This document shows positions 19,202 through 27,892 of a stretch of 58,461 nt of DNA, piece after piece; position 1 is the stretch's first letter, and each line of letters opens with the position of its first letter. Source of the stretch: an archaeon (GTDB lineage: Archaea > Nanobdellota > Nanobdellia > Pacearchaeales > UBA284). Both the position numbers and the translations under genes were made by a program. The stretch lies in NCBI GenBank assembly GCA_030612665.1, contig JAUWNL010000002.1, forward strand, positions 1 through 58,461, read 5' to 3'. The notes under the pieces were generated by a model, which saw nothing but the letters and a program-made list of their open reading frames with translations, made no database searches and was not told where the DNA came from.

Positions 19202-20632
19202 TTATGACTTTACATTAACTCCAAATTTATGACGAGTATCTTTACGCCATTGTTCAATTTCTTTCATACTAATCCCTTGTATTCTTGCAATAGCTTTTTT
19301 TCTTTCTTCTGACTTAAAATTTATCCTGTCCCATTCAAAAGCGCGCAATATCTGTAGTTCTTTGGATGAAAATTCTTTAGTAGATATAACCCCACGGGTA
19401 TAACCAATTAGAATATTTTTATTAGCATCTTTTGGTAAATGCCCTTCTTTAATACATATCTCCATTAATTCTGTGTTTGGAAGGGGGGTTGCTATATGAA
19501 AATTAACTAAATCAACATTAATCTTTTCAGCAAAAGAGAAAGTGTCTCTTATTTGTTCCCAGGTTTCATGAGGGAATCCTATTACAAAATTAGCAATTAT
19601 TTCAAAGCCCTTCTTTTTTGCCATATTTAGAATACTTGGTACTTTCTCAAGTTTAATTGGTTTTTTAATTATATTATTAAGTACCTGCTGGTTCCCTGAT
19701 TCTATTGAGACAGTAATCTGATAGCAACCACTTTTTTTCATAAGGTCGAGTATTTCTTCGTCAAGGAGGAATATTGTTAAATTAACACATTTCCAGAGTA
19801 GGTTGTATTTACGTTTGATTAGGCCTTTCATAATATGTATTGCCCGTTTACGACTGAATAAGAAATGATCATCTAAAAAAATAATTTCTTTTATGCCTTT
19901 TTTATACAAATCATCAATTTCCTTAAGAACATTCTCGGCGCTTCTCATACGCACTCTTCTACCACTAATTTTTGGGCCTGAACAGAAAATACACTTATAG
20001 GGGCAACCTCTAGAGGTTATTGTAACTGCATATGGATATCTCCTTGCACACAATCCTTGCGAGTATTTAAGTTTTTGATTAGCATAATCCATTAAATTAA
20101 GGTTTCCATAATCAGCAAAAGGTATAGAATCTAAATTCTCAATATAATTATCTAGGGGGTTTATCCTTGCTTTGTTATTTTCATAATAAGCTATTCCTTT
20201 AATCTGAGATAAGTCAGGTTTCTGTTTATCCATTTCTTTTAATAAACTAGGAAAAACTGTTTCACCTTCCCCAATTATCCAATAATTTACATTTTTATCT
20301 TTCATTGCAATATCAATTAATAGTGTTGGTAATATGCCCCCTTCTATTATTATTGTGTGGGGTAGCGCGCGCCTTATCAATGCGGTCGTATGTTGAACAT
20401 TTTTTATATATTCTGTTGAATTTGTGCTTATGCCTACAACCTCAGGCTGAGCTTTTTTAAGTGATTCTACAATTTCCTCGTCACTTAGATTCTTAAAGTT
20501 AGGGTCAAAAATCTCTGTCTTGAAACTTTTCTTAATACATGCGTTTAGGATGCCTAAAGAGTATGGATACATCTTCCATGTTCTTTTGCCAAACATCGAA
20601 TAATTTGGTTGCATTAAAACGACTTTTTTCAT
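19202..20632 (-). CDS. B12-binding-domain radical SAM enzyme, paralog 5
   Basis: TSRGCPYKCIFC. The start at 20632 (MKKVVLMQPN) matches the N-termini of the paralogs; the longer ORF to 20686 overlaps the upstream gene. Confidence 0.85.
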   Translation of the reverse strand: MKKVVLMQPNYSMFGKRTWKMYPYSLGILNACIKKSFKTEIFDPNFKNLSDEEIVESLKKAQPEVVGISTNSTEYIKNVQHTTALIRRALPHTIIIEGGILPTLLIDIAMKDKNVNYWIIGEGETVFPSLLKEMDKQKPDLSQIKGIAYYENNKARINPLDNYIENLDSIPFADYGNLNLMDYANQKLKYSQGLCARRYPYAVTITSRGCPYKCIFCSGPKISGRRVRMRSAENVLKEIDDLYKKGIKEIIFLDDHFLFSRKRAIHIMKGLIKRKYNLLWKCVNLTIFLLDEEILDLMKKSGCYQITVSIESGNQQVLNNIIKKPIKLEKVPSILNMAKKKGFEIIANFVIGFPHETWEQIRDTFSFAEKINVDLVNFHIATPLPNTELMEICIKEGHLPKDANKNILIGYTRGVISTKEFSSKELQILRAFEWDRINFKSEERKKAIARIQGISMKEIEQWRKDTRHKFGVNVKS

Positions 20633-20658
20633 CTTTCTTTTTATGTGGTTGAAATGGT

Positions 20659-21768
20659 TTATATTTTCTTCGAATTCTCCATCCATTTAGTTTTATTAAT
20701 TTTGGAAAAAAGATTTGTAAATTCTTTCATTATTCTTTTTTCTGTTTCTGCTCCCCAATTTAATATCTGATTTTCTGTAGCAAAGGAAAAATGTTTCGCA
20801 TTAAGGGGCACAACTGTATTTCCAGGTGTAAAATTAAAAATAATATAGGGCTTTTTACTAAATAAAATCGCTGCAGTGGGACCTGAGGCTGTCCCCATAA
20901 CCATTAAGGAGGTAGCCACTAAAATTAAATCTTGTTCAGCTGTAGTTCCATAATCTTTTGCAATCAACACATTGGATAAACGCCTAATTCTATCATCAAT
21001 CTCTTCTTTTGCCCCAACTAATATAAATTTTACATTCTTAAATTTATTTTTAGCTTTTTTAAAAAATTTAATCCATTCATCTAATTTTGCATTTCTTTTG
21101 ATTGCATAGTTGGGATTATTCCTCAGATGAACTACAATCGGAAATTTTGGAAAAATATTTTTCTTATAAAAAGAATGAGCCCAATTTAATGAATTTTGTC
21201 TATAGTCTAAAGAAGGGATAAATCCATTGTTGATATAAAATTTTTGAATAAAATCAAAAATTTTTAGATGTGCACGATGTTTCCCAATATACTCTTTAAA
21301 ATCTGGCCAGATATAATATCTTGCTGAATTTTTAGAAATAAAATCTTCAAATTCATCATTTGAATCAAAAATAAAAAAATTTCCTATATGCGGATTTAGA
21401 TAGATAGTGGAAATAAGAGTTGGAAGGTAAGTATAAAAATTATCTGGAGTTATTCTTTTAATCTCATATGAAGGATGTTTTGGATTACAAATAAAACAAA
21501 TATCTACTTTATCTATTTTTTGAGTTAAACGTAAGATTTGTGCTGCTTGATGAAGGAAAATTAAATCTCCAACAGAATAGGGGGCTGCCTGAAGATCCCA
21601 TATAAGAAGAATTCTCTTCTCTCTTTTTGTATTCTTTGAGAGGAAATTTAAAGTGGGGAATATCCATCTAACTTTGCCTTTCATTAAATGCATAAAACGG
21701 CTTGATCTTGAATGATATTTTCCTAAAAGTCTGCGATGAATTTTGCCCAATAATTCTTTTGTTCCCAT
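20659..21768 (-). CDS. hypothetical protein, weakly GT9 (heptosyltransferase)-like
   Basis: 369 aa. The C-terminal MVMGTASGPTAAILFSKKPYIIFN resembles the GT9 nucleotide-sugar-binding tail. It lies next to the heptose-nucleotide genes. Confidence 0.3.
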   Translation of the reverse strand: MGTKELLGKIHRRLLGKYHSRSSRFMHLMKGKVRWIFPTLNFLSKNTKREKRILLIWDLQAAPYSVGDLIFLHQAAQILRLTQKIDKVDICFICNPKHPSYEIKRITPDNFYTYLPTLISTIYLNPHIGNFFIFDSNDEFEDFISKNSARYYIWPDFKEYIGKHRAHLKIFDFIQKFYINNGFIPSLDYRQNSLNWAHSFYKKNIFPKFPIVVHLRNNPNYAIKRNAKLDEWIKFFKKAKNKFKNVKFILVGAKEEIDDRIRRLSNVLIAKDYGTTAEQDLILVATSLMVMGTASGPTAAILFSKKPYIIFNFTPGNTVVPLNAKHFSFATENQILNWGAETEKRIMKEFTNLFSKINKTKWMENSKKI

Positions 21769-21951
21769 TTTTATGCATATCTATAAAAAATTTAGTTTAA
21801 AAAATTTATCCATTTATAATAGGGTAGTGACCCCATAGATAGTTAAATAAGCTTCTAACTAAGGTTAATAAGAAAATTAAAATAAAAAACATAAGTTCAA
21901 AAGATTTTTAAACAAAATTTATTTTTAAAATTAGGTTGAGAGATAAGAAAT

Positions 21952-22467
21952 ATGTTAAAAATAGATTCGATTGATTCATATCATTCAGATAGAATTTTGT
22001 CTTTTAATAGAGCAATTGATTTAGTCAGCAAACTTAAATCCCAAGGAAAAACAATTGGATTATGTCATGGGGGTTTTGATCTCTTACATCCTGGGCATGT
22101 TAAACATTTTGAATCAGCTAAAAAATTGTGTGATATTCTTTTAGTATCTGTTACATCAGATAAATTTGTGAAATCTAGAAAAGGTTCAGGCAGACCCATA
22201 TACCCAGATAAATTAAGAGCATATATGATTGCAAATATTCAACATGTAAATTATGTAATTATTTCTAATTTTGAAAGAGGGACAGAAGTTATTAATTTAT
22301 TAAAACCTTCTTTTTATATAAAAGGTCCGGATTATATTAAAAAAACAAGTCCAGGGATAATTGCTGAGAGAAAAGTTATTGAAAGAGTTGGGGGGATAAT
22401 CAAGTATACCCAGGACCCTACGTTTAGTACTACAGAAATTATAAAGTATATAAAAAATGAATTGTGA
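21952..22467 (+). CDS. cytidylyltransferase-fold nucleotidyltransferase (RfaE domain II / heptose-1-phosphate adenylyltransferase-like)
   Basis: HxGH motif in GLCHGGFDLLHPGHVKHFESAKK; 171 aa. Confidence 0.7.
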   Translation: MLKIDSIDSYHSDRILSFNRAIDLVSKLKSQGKTIGLCHGGFDLLHPGHVKHFESAKKLCDILLVSVTSDKFVKSRKGSGRPIYPDKLRAYMIANIQHVNYVIISNFERGTEVINLLKPSFYIKGPDYIKKTSPGIIAERKVIERVGGIIKYTQDPTFSTTEIIKYIKNEL

Positions 22468-23017
22468 AAAAATTTTAATTGGGATAGATAGAGATGGCAC
22501 AATTATTGAAAATAATGATTTTTTTGGTAAAAATAAGGAATGGATTGAAGAAATAAAATTTAATAAAGAGATAATTGAGTTTCTCTTATATTTACAAACA
22601 AAATATAAAACAACGAAGTTAATAATAACAAATCAGGCCGGTGTTGCAAGACGTTTTTTTGATTGTAAGAGGGTAGAGGAGATTAATAGATATATTGACT
22701 TAAAACTATCAGTAAGGGGGATTAAAATAGATGATTGGCAATATTGCCCATATGTTGATTCTGGATATGCATCACAACATCCTGGGTTTAATATAGCCCC
22801 CAAGTATATACAAAATAAAACTAAAAGAAAACCTAATCCTCAGATGTTATTTGATGCATTAAAAAAATTAAATAAAAAACTTGAAGATTTTGACAGGATA
22901 TTAATTCTTGGAGATAGACAAGAAGACAAGGGGCTATCAGATAAATTAAATGCACAATTTATTGATGTGAGTAATAAAAAATTTGATGAATTAGTAAAAG
23001 AAGTGAGAAGGATTTAA
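22457..23017 (+). CDS. gmhB: HAD-IIIA phosphatase, D,D-heptose 1,7-bisphosphate phosphatase-like
   Basis: Motifs IGIDRDGTI, TNQAGVARRFF, RKPNPQM and GDRQEDK. Confidence 0.7.
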   Translation: MNCEKILIGIDRDGTIIENNDFFGKNKEWIEEIKFNKEIIEFLLYLQTKYKTTKLIITNQAGVARRFFDCKRVEEINRYIDLKLSVRGIKIDDWQYCPYVDSGYASQHPGFNIAPKYIQNKTKRKPNPQMLFDALKKLNKKLEDFDRILILGDRQEDKGLSDKLNAQFIDVSNKKFDELVKEVRRI

Positions 23018-23046
23018 TTTTTATTTTGTTTTTTATTTTTTTATTT

Positions 23047-23619
23047 TTATTGCTTATCCTGCCCTCTATCCTGTTCTCGTAGATAAGTTGCTAGAAAATG
23101 CCCAAACATTGTATGGATATCTTCACAGAGTTCATATGAGTCACAATCAAGATAAGCAGTATAATCTGAAAGCTCTTTTAATTGTCCTCCTTTAAAACCA
23201 GATATTCCAATTGTGATTAAATCGTGTTTTTTTGCATATTTTAATGCTTCAATAATGTTTGGACTATTTCCTGAACTGGATATTAATATCAATATATCAT
23301 TTGGAGAAGCCAAATTAATTAATTGTTGCTTGAATATTTCATTATAATAAGCATCATTTGCAATTGCAGTTATATAACTTATGTTACTTGACAAACAAAT
23401 AGGCCTATATCTTTTAAAATTGTCTGACCAATTTTTAGTTGCTCCTTTAGAAAAATCGCAAACATAATGCATTGCTATTGCAGCAGATCCGCCATTCCCC
23501 CCAACAAAAATCTTTTGATTATTTTTAATAGAATCTTTTAAAATTGTCAGTATCTCTCCGTCAAATTTAAACTTATCTAATGATTTAATTAATCTTTTTT
23601 TATAATTTTTCCAGTTCAT
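23047..23619 (-). CDS. gmhA: SIS-domain phosphoheptose isomerase
   Basis: Motifs GNGGSAAIAMHYVCDF and ISSSGNSPNI. Confidence 0.8.
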   Translation of the reverse strand: MNWKNYKKRLIKSLDKFKFDGEILTILKDSIKNNQKIFVGGNGGSAAIAMHYVCDFSKGATKNWSDNFKRYRPICLSSNISYITAIANDAYYNEIFKQQLINLASPNDILILISSSGNSPNIIEALKYAKKHDLITIGISGFKGGQLKELSDYTAYLDCDSYELCEDIHTMFGHFLATYLREQDRGQDKQ

Positions 23620-24653
23620 TTTAAAATATTTCCTATAAATTTCCTTAGTTTATTTTTAGTAATATTCTCTTTATTTCCCACAATATTTGCTGCAAGACCC
23701 CCAGCACAGTTCGCAATAAATGGGATTAATTTAGGATCTTTTTTTGAATATACAAATAACGAAGCTAGTGCAAATAAGGCATCTCCTGCCCCGACAGTAT
23801 CTTTTACGGTGCTAACAAGAACAGGCGCTCTAAAAATTTTGCCCTTATTCACAAAAATAGACCCTCTTTTTCCTAAACTAACTAAAAAGTTTTCATATTT
23901 AAAAAGATGGTATGTTTCTTTTACGATTTCCTCGATTTCTTCAAATCTTTTGCATAATGGAAGTCTTATTTCTTGTTCATTCATTGAAATAAAATTAGGA
24001 TTTTTATATAAATTAAAATAATTATACCCTAAATTAGCGCTATTTGTTTGAACATTTAATGCTAGGAATCTTGATTTTTCTTCTAATTTTTTTCTAATAT
24101 CTTTATTAATAAACCCATGTCCAAAATCTCCAACAACCACCAGGTCATATTTAGGTAATTCTTCATTTAAATAATTAACAATTTTATCTGTTAAATTTTT
24201 AGAGATTGGACTATCATTCATATACTCTACCTTAAATAATTTATTATTCCTATAAAAATCAATATATCTTTTTTTAACTATTGTTGGAGAATTTTTTTTA
24301 ATAAATGTTTTTAATTCAATCGCTTTGTTGATTATATTTTCTAATTCGAAATATTGGTCATTTACTTTTTCATCGCCGATGAGAGTGACTACTTTAATTT
24401 TTTTTACAAAATCACTTATATGCCTAGCGATTGCAAGAATGCCTCCAGCATAACTCTCTCCGTGTTCGTATTGTGCTGAAATAATCGGATCTTTGACAGC
24501 TCTTCCCTTAGGAGATACAAAAATATATTGATCAATAATTGTATCGCCTATGGTTAGAACATTTAATTTTTTTAAATTTTTAATCTGGTTATCTACATAT
24601 TTAAAACTGAATTCCTTCTTTATTTTATCAATATATTTTTCAGTTTCTTCCAT
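23616..24653 (-). CDS. PfkB-family sugar kinase (RfaE domain I / heptose-7-phosphate kinase-like)
   Basis: C-terminal VKDTVGAGDALFA PfkB signature. ATGA overlap with gmhA. Confidence 0.7.
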   Translation of the reverse strand: MEETEKYIDKIKKEFSFKYVDNQIKNLKKLNVLTIGDTIIDQYIFVSPKGRAVKDPIISAQYEHGESYAGGILAIARHISDFVKKIKVVTLIGDEKVNDQYFELENIINKAIELKTFIKKNSPTIVKKRYIDFYRNNKLFKVEYMNDSPISKNLTDKIVNYLNEELPKYDLVVVGDFGHGFINKDIRKKLEEKSRFLALNVQTNSANLGYNYFNLYKNPNFISMNEQEIRLPLCKRFEEIEEIVKETYHLFKYENFLVSLGKRGSIFVNKGKIFRAPVLVSTVKDTVGAGDALFALASLFVYSKKDPKLIPFIANCAGGLAANIVGNKENITKNKLRKFIGNILK

Positions 24654-24661
24654 TTTATTTT

Positions 24662-25651
24662 TTATTTTAAATATTTAAACCACAATTTCGTAGCATTTTT
24701 AATTTTGTTAGGGGTCCACAGGGGGGCATCTTTCCAATAGTCAATATTTTCTAACATAATTTTAATTCCTTCTTCAAAAGGAACTTTTGGATCCCATTTT
24801 AACAATTTTTTTGCTTTTGTTATATCTGCATGGGTTGAATCTGGCTCGCCAGGTCTTTTTGGAATATGCACTATTCCTTCCGAGCTATCAAGTAACTCAA
24901 CAAGCTTATTAACAGTTTGTGGCTTGCCAGAGCCTATGTTTATAATTTCATTTTTGACATTAGATTTTGCTGCTAAAACAAACGCATTAACAACATCACT
25001 AACAAAGGTAAAGTCCCTTGTCTGATTTCCATCACCTACTATAGTAAAAGGCTTCCCTGCAAGTTTCTGTGCAAGAAAAACCCCAAAGACAGCGCCGTAT
25101 GTACCTGATGTCCTTGATCGCAAACCATAAACATTAAATAATCTTAACGAAACACTAGGCAATTTATATATATTATTCCAGTGCTGCATTATTTGTTCTC
25201 CTAAAAATTTTGTAAGCGCATATGGATATTGTGGCCTGATTTCTGCTGTTTCAGGAGTAGGACACAAGTCTGGGATTCCATAGCATGAAGAAGATGCAGC
25301 ATAGACAAAACGTTCCACATTATTTTGCCTTGAAGCCTCAAGAACAGAAGCAGTTCCAGTTACATTCGAATGATAGTATTTCAGGGGCTCATTTATTGAA
25401 GGAACAATATCAGCAAGCGCTGCCAGATGAAAAACCCAATTAATATCTTTAAAGTATTTTTCAATTTTTTTGAAATCAGCAACATCTGCTTTTACAATTT
25501 TTAAATCTTTATTGTATTTATGCTGCTCCAAGTTCTGCTCATGCCCATTTGAAAAATTATCAATTACGACGGCAGAATGACTCTCTGAAAGTAGCCTATC
25601 AACAAGATGGCTCCCAATAAACCCTGCTCCACCTGTAACAATCGATTTCAT
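24662..25651 (-). CDS. NAD-dependent nucleotide-sugar epimerase/dehydratase (extended SDR)
   Basis: VTGGAGFIGSHL (GxxGxxG) and YALTK (YxxxK). Confidence 0.85.
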   Translation of the reverse strand: MKSIVTGGAGFIGSHLVDRLLSESHSAVVIDNFSNGHEQNLEQHKYNKDLKIVKADVADFKKIEKYFKDINWVFHLAALADIVPSINEPLKYYHSNVTGTASVLEASRQNNVERFVYAASSSCYGIPDLCPTPETAEIRPQYPYALTKFLGEQIMQHWNNIYKLPSVSLRLFNVYGLRSRTSGTYGAVFGVFLAQKLAGKPFTIVGDGNQTRDFTFVSDVVNAFVLAAKSNVKNEIINIGSGKPQTVNKLVELLDSSEGIVHIPKRPGEPDSTHADITKAKKLLKWDPKVPFEEGIKIMLENIDYWKDAPLWTPNKIKNATKLWFKYLK

Positions 25652-26190
25652 TTTTTATTATATTTATCCTCCTTTTCATATAATTCCCTTTTTTCTATTA
25701 ACATAATTGGAGTTTTAACTGATTTTGCATGTTTATAATATTTTATAATTTCTTTCGAGTCATTAAGTTCATATACTGGGAAGGAAAAAAAATTTTTGAA
25801 AAATTTAGTAAAATCTTGAATATGTTGTGGACCAGGATGCAGGGGTTTTTTTGAACCAACTATAGCACGAATTATAACTGGTGTGGTAAATTGTCCATCA
25901 GACATTCTTTCAATCTTATCTAAATGATTTAATATTGAATCTAAAGAATTTAAGATAAAATCATGTCTTTCAAAAATTAGTACTGGTTTGTATCCTTCTA
26001 TAGCCAGGCCCATACATAATCCTGTCATCAAGTTTTCTGCTACAGGCATTTCTAATTTTTTTGATTTTGGAACATTTGTTAAGGTTCCATACATCTGCGA
26101 ACCATAATTAATATTATAGCCTACAAAAATAACATTTTCTTCTTTAGCCAGCATTTCCATGGATTTTTTTATTGCATCTTTATATTTCAT
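25648..26190 (-). CDS. TPP-dependent E1 beta / transketolase C-terminal-like subunit
   Basis: The segment ENVIFVGYNINYGS...PVAENLMTGLCMGLAIEGYKPVLIF resembles the pyrimidine-binding half. ATG at 26190 avoids a 62-nt overlap with the alpha-like gene. Confidence 0.6.
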   Translation of the reverse strand: MKYKDAIKKSMEMLAKEENVIFVGYNINYGSQMYGTLTNVPKSKKLEMPVAENLMTGLCMGLAIEGYKPVLIFERHDFILNSLDSILNHLDKIERMSDGQFTTPVIIRAIVGSKKPLHPGPQHIQDFTKFFKNFFSFPVYELNDSKEIIKYYKHAKSVKTPIMLIEKRELYEKEDKYNKK

Positions 26191-26200
26191 TTTTAAAAAC

Positions 26201-26830
26201 TTAAAAACTTGGACCTCCAACTTTAACTCCAGAAAAATCAACCCATTTGCCAGTTCCAACATGTGGATATGTTCTTTTGTAATAATATCTCCTTACGCAT
26301 TTAGGCCATTTTATTTCTGATTTTCCATAACGCGCTTCTTTTGGAGTTTCAACAGATAAATTATTATCTTCTATAATAAAAGTACATGGTAAATCCCACC
26401 CGTCAACATATTTTACTGCTTCATAAAAATGTCCTTCATCTTCTGCCCCATCTCCAACGAAACACCAAACTTTCTTTTTACTTTTTTTCTTTTTTAGTGC
26501 ATAAGCCACGCCAGCGGCAATACTAGGACATCCAGATACAATAGAAGATGTAAAAAAATTAAGTTTTTTATCAAAAACATGCATGCTTTTGCCATCTAAA
26601 ATCTTTTTTTCTAAGTCGTTTGGAGAACCGCCAGCTAGAAGATAATGATAATGAGAACGATGCGTTGAAAATATATAATCTCCTCGCTTTATTTCCTTAA
26701 ATATTTCGATGAGTTGATTTTCATTTCCTCCAGAAAAGTGAACTGGATAAGGGATTTTTGCTTTTTCGAATAGTTTTAAAATCTTTTTTTCAAAATTTAT
26801 TAATTCTCGCTTTGTTATTTTTATTTTCAT
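26201..26830 (-). CDS. TPP-dependent E1 alpha-like subunit (short)
   Basis: TPP-binding motif GDG-x26-NN in GDGAEDEGHFYEAVKYVDGWDLPCTFIIEDNN. Confidence 0.6.
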   Translation of the reverse strand: MKIKITKRELINFEKKILKLFEKAKIPYPVHFSGGNENQLIEIFKEIKRGDYIFSTHRSHYHYLLAGGSPNDLEKKILDGKSMHVFDKKLNFFTSSIVSGCPSIAAGVAYALKKKKSKKKVWCFVGDGAEDEGHFYEAVKYVDGWDLPCTFIIEDNNLSVETPKEARYGKSEIKWPKCVRRYYYKRTYPHVGTGKWVDFSGVKVGGPSF

Positions 26831-26833
26831 TTT

Positions 26834-27883
26834 TTAAATAAAATTATCATGAGATTCAGGATTTTTTAACCTATATAGATATTTATTATTTGCATCTAAT
26901 CTACATCCTTTCCTGCATTCTTTTACTCCTTTTTGGTTTAATTTTTTTAATATTTCTTTTCTTTTTTCTCCTCGCCATATTTCGCTGAAGCTTTGTTTAT
27001 ATAAGTTTCCATAACTAAATTCCGGATAATCATAAAAAAGAAGGCATGGCTGCACGTCCCCTTTTTCATTTATTACTGTAAAAAAAGGCAAACCATAACA
27101 GTAATCATACGTTGCTCCTTCCTTTATTCTTTGCAGGGTATCTTTTCTGAAAAAAACCTTGAATTTATCTGAATTAAATTTTTCCAGTTCTTCTTTAAGG
27201 TGTAGATATTGTGAATAATTAACACTGAAATCATTAGAACTGAGTGGATGATGGGAATAAGGTTTTATCTGTAAATTATCTGCTCCAATATCTTTGTATA
27301 GCTGTACTGATTTTAGTAACTCATGTGCATTTTCTTTTAATAATATAAACTGAACTCCTAGAGTGGCATTATATCTATTTATTTTTTTCAGCTCAGTTGC
27401 TTTATGAAGATTATTTAATATTGATGAAAAATCCTTTTCTGAACATCTATGGATTTTTGAGTGAGTTTCAGGGCTGGCAGCGTCGATGCTGAATCTGATC
27501 CACGAAGCATAAGGAAGAGTCTCCTTAGCTTTTGTTTCGTCAAATAAAACCCCGTTAGTTGAAAAGGAAACATCTATTCCACTTTCTTTTGTTTTTTTAA
27601 CAAATAAAGAAAAATCTTTATGTAAAAGTGGCTCTCCTGCACCAGAATAACAAATTGATTTAATTTTATGTCTTGCTAAATCTGCCAAAGTTTTTAAGAG
27701 AAGTTTTGTTTCTAATGTTTCTTTGCCTCTTGCCCAGTCTAACCCGCAAAAAATACATTTATGATTGCATAAATTTGTAAGACCAATTTCTACATAGATT
27801 GGATAACAATCTTTTTCTTTTAGCCATTCAGCGACTCTTTCTGGGTGATACATTAATTTATGGTTGTCTATATCTAGTTCCAT
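26834..27883 (-). CDS. radical SAM enzyme with C-terminal Cys-rich (SPASM/twitch-like) region
   Basis: CNHKCIFC (CxxxCxxC) near the N-terminus and C-terminal cysteines (QPCLLF, ECRKGCRLD). Paralog of 31362..32429. Confidence 0.8.
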   Translation of the reverse strand: MELDIDNHKLMYHPERVAEWLKEKDCYPIYVEIGLTNLCNHKCIFCGLDWARGKETLETKLLLKTLADLARHKIKSICYSGAGEPLLHKDFSLFVKKTKESGIDVSFSTNGVLFDETKAKETLPYASWIRFSIDAASPETHSKIHRCSEKDFSSILNNLHKATELKKINRYNATLGVQFILLKENAHELLKSVQLYKDIGADNLQIKPYSHHPLSSNDFSVNYSQYLHLKEELEKFNSDKFKVFFRKDTLQRIKEGATYDYCYGLPFFTVINEKGDVQPCLLFYDYPEFSYGNLYKQSFSEIWRGEKRKEILKKLNQKGVKECRKGCRLDANNKYLYRLKNPESHDNFI

Positions 27884-27892
27884 TTTTTAAGT

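Noticed and set aside
20633-20686. Longer N-terminal versions of several ORF-track entries: 20686 (start of the 19202 gene), 26262, 32401, 3539/3569, 5447, 48772, 51533 and 54380.
   Set aside because: These starts either use TTG or GTG or overlap the neighbouring gene substantially. Internal ATGs give N-termini that match paralogs or family starts. Start choice remains uncertain without RBS or TSS data.
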